A stretch of 64,000 nucleotides of DNA, taken from positions 10,970-74,969 of the forward strand of contig CAYUWG010000013.1 of assembly GCA_964448285.1 (NCBI GenBank), in the 5' to 3' direction. A program made the translations under genes and the position numbers. Position 1 is the stretch's first letter, and each line of letters starts with the position of its first letter. The DNA comes from an uncultured Chromatiales bacterium (GTDB lineage Bacteria > Bacteroidota > Ignavibacteria > SZUA-365). The notes below the pieces were generated by a model. That model did no database searches and was not told the origin of the DNA. It saw nothing but the letters and a program-made list of their open reading frames with translations. Below, piece after piece: positions 35,739 through 44,789 of this stretch.

Positions 35739-36299
35739 TCAATGCCTGCGGAGAAGAGCTTTCATCTGAACTTCTGTGAGCGTAATCCAATTCCCAGATT
35801 CTAATGATTCCAAAGCGAAATCGCCTATTCCCACTTTCATCAGACGAAGCGTAGGAAATCCCACCCGTGCCGTCATTCTGCGTACCTGTCTGTTCTTTCC
35901 TTCTGTCAGCACAAGCTCGATCCATGTTGTTGGGATGTTCTTTCGAAAGCGAATGGGCGGTGTGCGGGGATCGATATCAGGCTGGGGAACGAGAAGATGA
36001 GCGCGTGAGGGTTTCGTCAGGTAATCCCCAATTCGAACTCCGGCCGACATCTTTGCCAAAGTCTTTTCATCAGGGATTCCTTCAACCTGCACGAAGTACT
36101 TCCGGGGATGCGAATCCGACAGCAGAGCAGAAGCGACGGCCCTTTCATCGGTGAGAATCAGTAGTCCTTCCGAATCATGATCGAGTCTCCCAACCGGATA
36201 GACTCCAAGCGGGAATCCAAAGTCCGCCAGAGATCCGTGGAGAGGATGCGGACGAAACTGTGAGACGACGCCGTAAGGTTTGTTGAATGCGATTACCAT
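35739..36299 (-). CDS. RluE/RsuA-family pseudouridine synthase
   Basis: MVIAFNKPYGVVSQF...GRLDHDSEGLLILTDE catalytic motif (GRLDxDSEGLL). The track N-terminal extension to 36584 is rejected because it overlaps the divergent nfeD-like gene. Confidence 0.8.
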   Translation of the reverse strand: MVIAFNKPYGVVSQFRPHPLHGSLADFGFPLGVYPVGRLDHDSEGLLILTDERAVASALLSDSHPRKYFVQVEGIPDEKTLAKMSAGVRIGDYLTKPSRAHLLVPQPDIDPRTPPIRFRKNIPTTWIELVLTEGKNRQVRRMTARVGFPTLRLMKVGIGDFALESLESGNWITLTEVQMKALLRRH

Positions 36300-36377
36300 G
36301 AAACACACCTGCTGGTGGTGAATCATAAAATGCATACCTTTCGAACGCTCATGAAATCGACACTTGAGTAACTGGAA

Positions 36378-37013
36378 ATGCTGACTCTTTATATCGCTTG
36401 TCTCTTGTTTGGGGGTGTCTTGATGCTGGTATCGCTTTTCGCCGGAGGAGACTCTTCCGGTGATGGTGATATGGTTGCGGATCATGATGTCCACGCGCTC
36501 GATTCGCATGGAGCGGACATGGACAGTGGACATGATGTAGTGACAACGGATCACGCTGGAGATCACGTTCACGCACACGAACATGTGAGCGTTGAAGCGG
36601 TCAAGTTCCTCAGCTTTCGAAACTTCGTTTTCTTTTCCGGCTTCTTCGGATTGACGGGCACAGCTTTGACGTTACTGGCGATGCCCTTTCTCCTGACGCT
36701 CGTTTCATCGGCAGGCGTCGGGCTTCTTTCTGCGCAAGTCGGATATCGCTTCCTTCGCTATCTCAAACGCACGGAGTCCGGCCAGGCGATTCATCTCAAC
36801 GAATTGCAGGGAAGGACTGGCCGCGTCCTCGTCGGATGTTCGAAGCAGCACCCCGGAAAGATTTCGCTCACGGCAGGCGGTCAGGTCTATCAGCTTGTCG
36901 CTCGCGCATCCGAGGATGCATCGCGCTCATCGTTCAAGCCCGGCGAGACGGTCATCATTTCTCATATCGAACAAGGAATCGCCTACGTCATTGAAGGCAA
37001 TCTTCTTCCGTAA
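36378..37013 (+). CDS. NfeD-like membrane protein with His/Asp-rich linker
   Basis: N-terminal TM helices, then the acidic His-rich stretch DHDVHALDSHGADMDSGHDVVTTDHAGDHVHAHEHV, further TM helices and a C-terminal OB-fold-like region. Directly upstream of a flotillin gene. Confidence 0.65.
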   Translation: MLTLYIACLLFGGVLMLVSLFAGGDSSGDGDMVADHDVHALDSHGADMDSGHDVVTTDHAGDHVHAHEHVSVEAVKFLSFRNFVFFSGFFGLTGTALTLLAMPFLLTLVSSAGVGLLSAQVGYRFLRYLKRTESGQAIHLNELQGRTGRVLVGCSKQHPGKISLTAGGQVYQLVARASEDASRSSFKPGETVIISHIEQGIAYVIEGNLLP

Positions 37014-37036
37014 ATCTTTTTCAGGAGGGTTCATCC

Positions 37037-38374
37037 ATGGTTGAAAATTTTCTTGCCACCATCATCATCATCAGTCTGGTGGCGGTTGTCGTCGTCATGA
37101 TGGTCATCAGCAGGCTGTTGCTGATTTGCCATCCCAACGAAGTCATCATTCTTTCGGGTCGAGCGCGTGAGATGCCGGACGGAAATACCGTCGGATACCG
37201 CATCATCAAAGGTGGTCGCGCGATCCGTGTTCCGTTCATCGAAAAAGCTGCGCGCATGTCGTTGGAGACGATCCCGCTCGACCTCGTCGTGCAGAACGCA
37301 TACTCTCGCGGTGGTATTCCATTGAAAGTGGAAGCCATCGCCAATATCAAGATCGATTCGAGCGAGCCGACGTTTGGCAATGCCGTCGAACGCTTCCTTG
37401 GGATGAAGCGTGAAGAGATTCACGAAATCGCGAAAGACACTTTGGAAGGAAACCTGCGTGGCGTTCTCGCAACGCTTACTCCGGAAGAAGTGAACGAGGA
37501 CCGCCTCAAATTCGCGAGCAGTCTCATAGAGGAAGCCGACACAGATCTCAAGCAACTCGGTCTTCAACTAGACACGTTGAAGATTCAAAACGTCTCGGAT
37601 GAAGCAGGGTACCTTGACTCCATCGGTCGTCGCAAAACCGCCGAAGTGCTTTCGAACGCGCGTAAAGCAGAAGCCGAGAAAACCGCAGAAGCAGAAGAAG
37701 CGGAAGCCGGCGCGAGACAGCGCGCTGAAGTCGCAAAAGCGAATGCGGAGTTGGAAATCCAGAACGCGAAGATTCTTTCGGAACGAGGCATTCAGGTTAC
37801 GCGCGCACGCGCCTCGCAAGAAGTAGAAACGGAAAACAACAACCTGCGCATCAAGAAAGCGGAATTGGAAAAGTCCGCAGTGATAAAGGAACAGGAAGCC
37901 GAAGTCGCCGGACAGATTGCGAAGGTGCAGTACGAGCAGGAGATGGAACAGCAGCGCATCGTCCTTCAACAGAAGCGATTGAACGCGGACGTCATCGAAC
38001 CGGCAAAAGCGAAGAAGGAAGCGATGGAATTGGAAGCGAAGGGCGACGCTGCTTCGATCATCGAAAACGGAGAAGCGAATCTCCGCGTGTTGAACCAAAT
38101 GATCGCTGCGTTCAAGAGCGCAGACCGAGACGGAGAGAAGATCTTCATGCTCAACATGCTTCCGGAAATCATCAGGCAAATCGTTCACTCCGTCGGCGAT
38201 GTTCACATCGAGAAAGTGAGCGTCATCGAAAACGGCGGAGGTGACGCAAGCGGCGTGGCGAAAGTCGTAAATCAAATACCCGCCGCCGTTGTCTCCCTGA
38301 CGGAAATGATCGAGAACGCGACCGGAGTCAACATCCTGAGTCACTTCAAGAAAGAAGGAAAAGCGGATTCATAA
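37037..38374 (+). CDS. flotillin/SPFH (band 7) domain protein
   Basis: N-terminal TM. SPFH core (VVQNAYSRGGIPLKVEAIANIKIDS..). Long E/A/K-rich coiled coil (AEAEKTAEAEEAEAGARQRAEVAKANAELEIQ). Confidence 0.85.
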   Translation: MVENFLATIIIISLVAVVVVMMVISRLLLICHPNEVIILSGRAREMPDGNTVGYRIIKGGRAIRVPFIEKAARMSLETIPLDLVVQNAYSRGGIPLKVEAIANIKIDSSEPTFGNAVERFLGMKREEIHEIAKDTLEGNLRGVLATLTPEEVNEDRLKFASSLIEEADTDLKQLGLQLDTLKIQNVSDEAGYLDSIGRRKTAEVLSNARKAEAEKTAEAEEAEAGARQRAEVAKANAELEIQNAKILSERGIQVTRARASQEVETENNNLRIKKAELEKSAVIKEQEAEVAGQIAKVQYEQEMEQQRIVLQQKRLNADVIEPAKAKKEAMELEAKGDAASIIENGEANLRVLNQMIAAFKSADRDGEKIFMLNMLPEIIRQIVHSVGDVHIEKVSVIENGGGDASGVAKVVNQIPAAVVSLTEMIENATGVNILSHFKKEGKADS

Positions 38375-38438
38375 TCGAGCCATCGCTCATCATCGAAGGG
38401 CACGGCTCAGCCATGCCCTTTCTTTTATCCATCGTAAG

Positions 38439-39305
38439 TTGTCAACCGTGGTCTATACGAAATGCAAACTCTGTCAGAGCGCGAATATCTCGTCCCGTTA
38501 CAGGATGGATAACCGCGAACTTGCCATCCTGAAGTGCGGCGACTGCGGCTTTTGCTTCGTGGATTTCTTCAATGCCGAATGCAACGACGCGATGGAAACA
38601 GATTGGAATTTTGCCGCGCATGCACCGGCTCTCGCGAAAAAATTCTCCGCTTATGCCGATCACATCGAGCGATACGTTACTCTCGCCGGAAAGACCGTTC
38701 TCGACGTCGGCGCTGGGGGCGGTGATTTTCTGCAGCAAGCAAAGCTCAGGGGAGCGAACGTACACGGCATCGATCTCGATCGTGCCGGTGTGCGGTTTGC
38801 ACGGGAAGCGTTCGGCATTTCGCTTCACGACTGTCTGCTTGAAGAGCTTGCCCTTCAGAGCGAATCCCAAGACATCTTGACTATGTGGGAAGTTCTCGAA
38901 CATCTGAACGATCCACGAAGCACGATGACTGAAATCGTGCGCATCCTCAAACCCGGTGGGTGGTTGCTGCTCTCTACGCCTTGCCGCGACAGCCTGTGGG
39001 ATACGTTCGCATTCATGATGTACAACCTCAGCTTTGGTCGCATCCAGTTTCCTCTTCTGTATCGCTTTTCCTGGACGCACCTGCAGATTTTTTCTCGCCG
39101 GGACATAGAGCGACTTCTCTCTGAGTTCGGATTCGTAATCGAGTACTACGATCAACGGACGGAATTGACATACAGCACAGAAGAATATCTCCAGTGGTTT
39201 CGACCGGCATTTTTTCGAAGACCGGCAGCTTTCATTTGGAACTTCGTCAAGCCTCTCATTCCTCTCGGGAATAAGATGGTTGTTTATGCGAGAAAAAATC
39301 CGTGA
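38439..39305 (+). CDS. class I SAM-dependent methyltransferase with N-terminal Cys4 zinc ribbon
   Basis: CKLCQS...CGDCGFC zinc ribbon, then motif I VLDVGAGGGDFL. Confidence 0.7.
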   Translation: MSTVVYTKCKLCQSANISSRYRMDNRELAILKCGDCGFCFVDFFNAECNDAMETDWNFAAHAPALAKKFSAYADHIERYVTLAGKTVLDVGAGGGDFLQQAKLRGANVHGIDLDRAGVRFAREAFGISLHDCLLEELALQSESQDILTMWEVLEHLNDPRSTMTEIVRILKPGGWLLLSTPCRDSLWDTFAFMMYNLSFGRIQFPLLYRFSWTHLQIFSRRDIERLLSEFGFVIEYYDQRTELTYSTEEYLQWFRPAFFRRPAAFIWNFVKPLIPLGNKMVVYARKNP

Positions 39306-39376
39306 TCGTTTTCACCGCTTCGACATTCGACGTGAGGAATCTATCTTCGAACGGGAACTCTTGAATCGACACACTG

Positions 39377-39811
39377 ATGACAATGCCTGACAGTCCAAAA
39401 ATTCTTTACTCCCGCTTCGAAACGGTGATGCAGGTTCGACCGGATGATATCGATATGAACCAACACGTCCATAACAGCCGCTACTTCGACTATGTCTTAG
39501 CCGCTCGTTACGATCAGATGGAACGCTGCTACCAGATGCCGATGTCGATCTTCATCGATTATGGATTCAGTTGGGTGATCCGCAAAGCGTTCATCGAATA
39601 CAAACGTCCGTTAGGTTTAGGAGATTGGTTCGTCGTGCAGACATGGATCATGCGGATTGAAAACGACAGCGCTTATGTCGGTTTCGAAATAAAAAGAAAA
39701 GACAACAACAAGGTTTGCTGCGACGGAGAGTTTCACTACGTCATGGTGAACAGCACGACCGGTCGTGCAGAGAAGATCCCGGAATGGATGAGGGAGAAAT
39801 ATGAAGTGTGA
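39377..39811 (+). CDS. acyl-CoA thioesterase (hotdog fold, 4HBT/YbgC-like)
   Basis: 144 aa. VRPDDIDMNQHVHNSRYFDYV is the typical 4HBT thioesterase N-terminal region. Confidence 0.65.
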   Translation: MTMPDSPKILYSRFETVMQVRPDDIDMNQHVHNSRYFDYVLAARYDQMERCYQMPMSIFIDYGFSWVIRKAFIEYKRPLGLGDWFVVQTWIMRIENDSAYVGFEIKRKDNNKVCCDGEFHYVMVNSTTGRAEKIPEWMREKYEV

Positions 39812-39832
39812 CATCACTGATGGAGTGTCGGA

Positions 39833-41665
39833 ATGATGATTCGAACCCTTGCCTTCCTGCTGATCACTCTGCAATCGTACGCGCAGTCGATTCCGAACGC
39901 AATCGTTGTCGGCGGGGTCACGCATGAGTCGGCTCGCTTGTGGATAAGACTCGAAGGCATCGGCAGCGCGATTCTGGAGATCTCTTCGCTTCCCGATTTT
40001 TCTTCTATCGTCATTTCGAAGCCGTTCAGCACTTCGATTCAGAGAAGAAACTCTGCGCTTGTCGATGTCGGCGGACTTCAACCATCGACACGCTATTACT
40101 ATCGCGTAGTCGATGGAGCGAATCCAATCTCGACATTTCGTTCATTCGAGACATTCCCATTGCCTGAGTCGGCGACGACGTTTTCGTTTGCGTTCGGAAG
40201 TTGTCAGCAGAGCGGAAGATTTCTCCCTTCAGGAGCCGAGCCGGGAAACGTATTTCGTGAGATCATCAATCACCAGCCGGAGTTCTTTCTTCAGCTTGGC
40301 GACTGGGGCTATCCCGATACGACGCATTTCCTTCCTCTCACGAACACGTTCTTCGCCGGTGATTATGAACGCGTGATGGATTCCTATCTCACGAAGTTCG
40401 ATGCGACGTATCCGATGGATTCGTTGCTTGCATTCGTTCCCGTGGACTATGTCTATGACGACCATGACTTCATGGCGAACAACGCCTCGGCAACGACCTC
40501 GAGCTATTCCATACCGATCAAACCGAATCCGCTCGGCCAGGATTTCATCATCGCGGAAATTCCTAATCCACAGAATGCCCGCGAGAACAGTATCCGCGGA
40601 TACAGGGAATTCATGCCGACGTATCCGCTCGTGAACGACAGCCGCGGAATCTATCATTCGTTTCGTTATGGCAACGTCGAAGTATTCATGCTCGACCTGC
40701 GTGCTCAACGAAGTCCGAACCACGATCCTTTCCGTAAAGACGCCGTGACGCAGAAGTGGGTGTTCGATCCGAAGCCCGGTCACTCCATCGTTGGAAGGGA
40801 GACATCTCCCGGTTCAGGACAGAGTCAGATGGATTGGCTGTTGGAAGGATTGAAGCGTTCTACGGCGACGTGGAAGTTCATCGCCTCGTCCGTTCCTTTC
40901 AACGCCGCACATGCTCTTGGAATACAGGCCGGGATCGCGTTACAGGATTCGGTGATCAGCGTGCCGGGATATTCGCAACAAGCGAATGCGATCTTCGCGT
41001 CTCTCGAACTTGCGGATAAATGGGCGGGCTTTCCGGAAGATATCGACAGGTTGTTGGCTTTTCTGAGAACGGAGAACATTCGAAATGTCATCGTGCTGAG
41101 CGGCGACTCGCATACGGCTGCTCTCGACGATGGAACGAACGCCGGGCTTCCGGAAATCATGGCCGGTGGTTTGGACATCACGAACTCGAAGATCATTTCC
41201 ATCATGAAGCACTTCGGCGTGGAAATATGGAACAGGGGTGGGCAAGGTTTGAGCACGGATGCGTTCAACAACGCCTTTGGCAAGGTCACGGTCAACGGCG
41301 AGCAATCCGTCACGCTTGAGTTGATCGATGAATTCGGCGATACGTTCGCTGCTCATACGATAACGAATGCAATGACTTCGCGTGAAGAAACGCTTTCACC
41401 CGAAAGCATTCAACTTCGACCGGTGTTTCCGAATCCTTCGCACAGCATCATCCATCTTGCATACAGCGTGCAGTTGCCTTCATCAGTGACGATGCGGATC
41501 GTCGATGTCTTCGGGCGAGAGCGTATTCGAAGAGAGCGGTTTGTCCAATCGACCGGCTGGAATGAAGAGCGAATCGCCGTTAACGAGATGCCGTCAGGAG
41601 TGTACCTGATTCAATTCGCGACTTCGGGCAAGACGGTGTTCCAGCGCATTCAGATCGTTCGATAG
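39833..41665 (+). CDS. PhoD-like alkaline phosphatase / metallophosphoesterase with T9SS C-terminal sorting domain
   Basis: Signal peptide. FN3-like N-terminus (ARLWIRLEG...YYYRVV). Metallophosphatase core (FAFGSCQQ...GDWGY...DDHDF). C-terminal ..FPNPSHSIIHLAYSV...GVYLIQFATSGKTVFQRIQIVR Por-secretion-tail-like domain. Confidence 0.7.
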   Translation: MMIRTLAFLLITLQSYAQSIPNAIVVGGVTHESARLWIRLEGIGSAILEISSLPDFSSIVISKPFSTSIQRRNSALVDVGGLQPSTRYYYRVVDGANPISTFRSFETFPLPESATTFSFAFGSCQQSGRFLPSGAEPGNVFREIINHQPEFFLQLGDWGYPDTTHFLPLTNTFFAGDYERVMDSYLTKFDATYPMDSLLAFVPVDYVYDDHDFMANNASATTSSYSIPIKPNPLGQDFIIAEIPNPQNARENSIRGYREFMPTYPLVNDSRGIYHSFRYGNVEVFMLDLRAQRSPNHDPFRKDAVTQKWVFDPKPGHSIVGRETSPGSGQSQMDWLLEGLKRSTATWKFIASSVPFNAAHALGIQAGIALQDSVISVPGYSQQANAIFASLELADKWAGFPEDIDRLLAFLRTENIRNVIVLSGDSHTAALDDGTNAGLPEIMAGGLDITNSKIISIMKHFGVEIWNRGGQGLSTDAFNNAFGKVTVNGEQSVTLELIDEFGDTFAAHTITNAMTSREETLSPESIQLRPVFPNPSHSIIHLAYSVQLPSSVTMRIVDVFGRERIRRERFVQSTGWNEERIAVNEMPSGVYLIQFATSGKTVFQRIQIVR

Positions 41666-41777
41666 TGACGTTCCGTATTGCCGTGATGTGACGTGGAACT
41701 TCTCCATCAGATGAAACAAGCACTCCGGTGACTCGTCGGGTCATTCGCATTTTTTCACTTCATCAGAAAGGAAATTT

Positions 41778-43052
41778 ATGAGACGCATTCGTTCTATCGC
41801 AGTCGTGATGGTTGCGATTTCCGTGTACGCATTTGCCGGCAACTCCATTGTCATCAAAGCCGGTAAGCTGCTCGACCCTGCAACGGGTAAGGTGTTGGAG
41901 AATCAACTTATCCTTGTCGAGGGCGCGAAAATAAAAGCCGTTGGATACGACATCACCATCCCGGCAAATGCGGAGATCATCGATCTCTCGAACATGACCG
42001 TGCTTCCGGGATTATTCGATTGCCACACCCACGTCTGTCTCGACCGCTTACCGACAACTGCGCCTACCGGTAGAGCCGAAACGGAAGCACTACTCACGAC
42101 GGCGATCGTTCAATCCTCTGCGTACCGCGCATTGCGAGGTGCGTACAACGCGAAGTCTCTCCTCGATCATGGCTTCACGACAATCCGCGATGTAGGTAAT
42201 GCCGGTCACTATGCCGACGTGGAAGTCATGCGCGCGATCAAGGAAGGTCTCATTCCCGGACCGACGATGATCGCATCCGGGAAAATCATTACACCTACCG
42301 GAGGCCAACTCCCGATGGTGCAAACCCACGAGCATCCGCATCTCGGCGAGGTGGAGTATATCTACGCCGATACGCGTGATGAGATGATGAAAGCAGTCCG
42401 ACAGAACGTTCTTTACGGAGCGAACGTCATCAAAATCGTTATCGACGCGATGCCGTTCAATTACACTGTCGATGATATCCGATTCATCGTTGAAGAGGCT
42501 GCGAAGTCAGGATTGAAGGTTGCCGCTCATTGTCTTTCAGATCAAAGCTCGCGCGCAGCGATTGAAGGCGGCGTTGCTTCCATCGAGCACGGCCTTTTCA
42601 TGTCGGATGAAACGCTCGCACTCGCAAAGCAAAAGGGCGTCGTGTTGGTCGGCACGGATCTCACCGTCGAAGCTGCGACCACGTATGCAGGGAACGAACA
42701 ATCGGGGAAGCAAATCCACAAGCTGTTCGTGGAGCGCCTGAAACGTGCGCACAAAGCGGAAGTCACGATGGCGTTCGGATCGGATGTTTTCTTTGAAGTA
42801 CCGGGGAAGTCACGCGGCCAGGCAACGATCGATTATATCGATAGTTGGGTTGAAGCGGGCATTCCTCCATTCAAAATCATTCAATGCATGATCCCGAATG
42901 CCGCACGCCTGCTCGGTATTGAAAAACAACGAGGCCAGATCCGGGAGGGAATGTTCGCCGACATCATCGCGACTTCCGTGAATCCGCTGGATGATATCAC
43001 AACGTTGAAGAGTGTCGCCTTCGTCATGAAGAACGGGCAAGTCGCTCGCTAA
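41778..43052 (+). CDS. secreted amidohydrolase-family metal-dependent hydrolase
   Basis: Signal peptide. PGLFDCHTHV metal-binding HxH. HCLSD, GVASIEHG and FGSDVF motifs of the amidohydrolase superfamily. Confidence 0.75.
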   Translation: MRRIRSIAVVMVAISVYAFAGNSIVIKAGKLLDPATGKVLENQLILVEGAKIKAVGYDITIPANAEIIDLSNMTVLPGLFDCHTHVCLDRLPTTAPTGRAETEALLTTAIVQSSAYRALRGAYNAKSLLDHGFTTIRDVGNAGHYADVEVMRAIKEGLIPGPTMIASGKIITPTGGQLPMVQTHEHPHLGEVEYIYADTRDEMMKAVRQNVLYGANVIKIVIDAMPFNYTVDDIRFIVEEAAKSGLKVAAHCLSDQSSRAAIEGGVASIEHGLFMSDETLALAKQKGVVLVGTDLTVEAATTYAGNEQSGKQIHKLFVERLKRAHKAEVTMAFGSDVFFEVPGKSRGQATIDYIDSWVEAGIPPFKIIQCMIPNAARLLGIEKQRGQIREGMFADIIATSVNPLDDITTLKSVAFVMKNGQVAR

Positions 43053-43152
43053 GACTCTTTCTATCGGGTAGGACTCGCGTTGGAATTCGACCGGCCTCCG
43101 TTATTTTCCGTCGTCGGAGTGTGGAGCTGTCGAACCAACGCATACTATCCTT

Positions 43153-44706
43153 ATGAAAGAACGAAAAACATACTCAGGGAAATATGGACGCATTACATCG
43201 CTCCTGCTGCTTGCCGGAGCGATCTGGTTTACTTCATGCGCGCCATCGAATGAGGCTCGAAACGATGCTGATGTTGTCGAACTTACGATCGTGCAACTGA
43301 ACGATGTTTACGAGATCACACCGCTTCAAGGCGGGAGGTACGGGGGCATGGCGCGTGTCGCAACGCTCGTGCGCTCGCTGAAAGCGGAAAATCCCAATAC
43401 GCGCGTTGTCATTTCGGGGGATTTCCTCAGCCCATCCGTGATCGGAACTGTGAAGCTTGACGGCAAGCGCATCGCGGGAAAGCACATGGTTGAAATCATG
43501 AATGCACTCCCGATCGATTACGTCACGATCGGCAATCACGAGTTCGATATCAAGGAAGATGAATTCCAGGAAAGGCTGAACGAGTCCATGTTCACGTGGG
43601 TAATTGCGAACGCCCGGCACCGAATGGGGAATAACGTCGAACCGTTCGCGCGGCGCGCCTTCGATAAACCCGATTATCTTCCGCAAACGGAAATCATCGA
43701 AGTGCGCAATGTCTCAGGCAAGCGTTTCCGACTTGGACTTTTCGGCGTCATGATTCAATCGAACAGGGCGGCGTACGTCGAGTACGAAAACGAAATCGCA
43801 GCAGCATCACGATGCCTATCCGAGCTTCGATCGAAATCGGATGCAGTCGCCGCGATCACGCATCTCTCGCTTGCGCAGGATAAGGAATTAGCGCAGCGAG
43901 TCCCCGGCATCGCGCTCATCATGGGAGGTCATGAGCATACTAATATGATTGAAGAAATCGGCGGCACGCGCATTACAAAGGCGGATGCAAATGCGCGCAC
44001 GGTCTATATCCACCGGCTCTATTGGAAAACCGATACACGGCAGTTGAGTGTCCGCTCGGAATTGAAGTCGATCGATACATCGATTCCGGAAGACTCCAGC
44101 ATGAATGAACTCATCCGCAGATGGGTGACACAAGCGCACGGCGCATTCAAGAAGATGGGTTTCGATCCGGATAATGTCGTCACGCAGGTCAGCGAACCGC
44201 TCGATGGACTTGAGGCGCACATACGAACGCGACCGACGAATCTCGGCGCCATCCTTGCGAGCGGCATGAAACACGCTTTTCCCAAAGCTGAAGGCGCGTT
44301 GTTGAACTCCGGCTCCGTACGCGTCGATGATGAAGTGTCCGGCGTCATCACGGAGTTCGACGTGTTGCGTATTCTCCCCTTCGGTGGGAAGGTTCTGCTC
44401 GTCGAGATGACAGGCGCATTGCTTCGAAGAGTCCTCGATGCAGGTGAAAAAAACGTGGGGAACGGCGGCTACTTGCAACGTGCTTCTATCGAAAAGAGAG
44501 GCAACGATTGGTTCATCGGCGAAGAACGGATAGCGGACAACTCCATCCACCGAATCGCGATGACCGAGTATCTCCTTACCGGCATGGAGAGCAATATGGA
44601 TTTTCTCGTGCGGACGAATCCGGGGATCACTTCAGTTCATGAACCGCAATCCGGTGAAGCGGGATATGATATTCGTTTCACACTGATGAATGAGCTGAAG
44701 AAATAA
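43153..44706 (+). CDS. 5'-nucleotidase / bifunctional metallophosphatase (UshA-like), lipoprotein
   Basis: Lipoprotein signal (..WFTSCA). QLNDVYEI...GDFLSPS...GNHEFD calcineurin-like phosphoesterase motifs. C-terminal 5'-nucleotidase substrate-binding domain. Confidence 0.8.
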   Translation: MKERKTYSGKYGRITSLLLLAGAIWFTSCAPSNEARNDADVVELTIVQLNDVYEITPLQGGRYGGMARVATLVRSLKAENPNTRVVISGDFLSPSVIGTVKLDGKRIAGKHMVEIMNALPIDYVTIGNHEFDIKEDEFQERLNESMFTWVIANARHRMGNNVEPFARRAFDKPDYLPQTEIIEVRNVSGKRFRLGLFGVMIQSNRAAYVEYENEIAAASRCLSELRSKSDAVAAITHLSLAQDKELAQRVPGIALIMGGHEHTNMIEEIGGTRITKADANARTVYIHRLYWKTDTRQLSVRSELKSIDTSIPEDSSMNELIRRWVTQAHGAFKKMGFDPDNVVTQVSEPLDGLEAHIRTRPTNLGAILASGMKHAFPKAEGALLNSGSVRVDDEVSGVITEFDVLRILPFGGKVLLVEMTGALLRRVLDAGEKNVGNGGYLQRASIEKRGNDWFIGEERIADNSIHRIAMTEYLLTGMESNMDFLVRTNPGITSVHEPQSGEAGYDIRFTLMNELKK

Positions 44707-44789
44707 AGCATTTTGCATTAGCAACATCTTGAAGTAAGTTCAGGCAGAAAGCAGAAAGAAGAACAAAGAAAGGTGTCGGTGACACAGAG

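Noticed and set aside
37568-38344. 258-aa minus-strand ORF plus several smaller ones inside the flotillin gene
   Set aside because: Antisense to the EA-rich coiled-coil region. The low-complexity F/L/R-rich translation is a shadow ORF.
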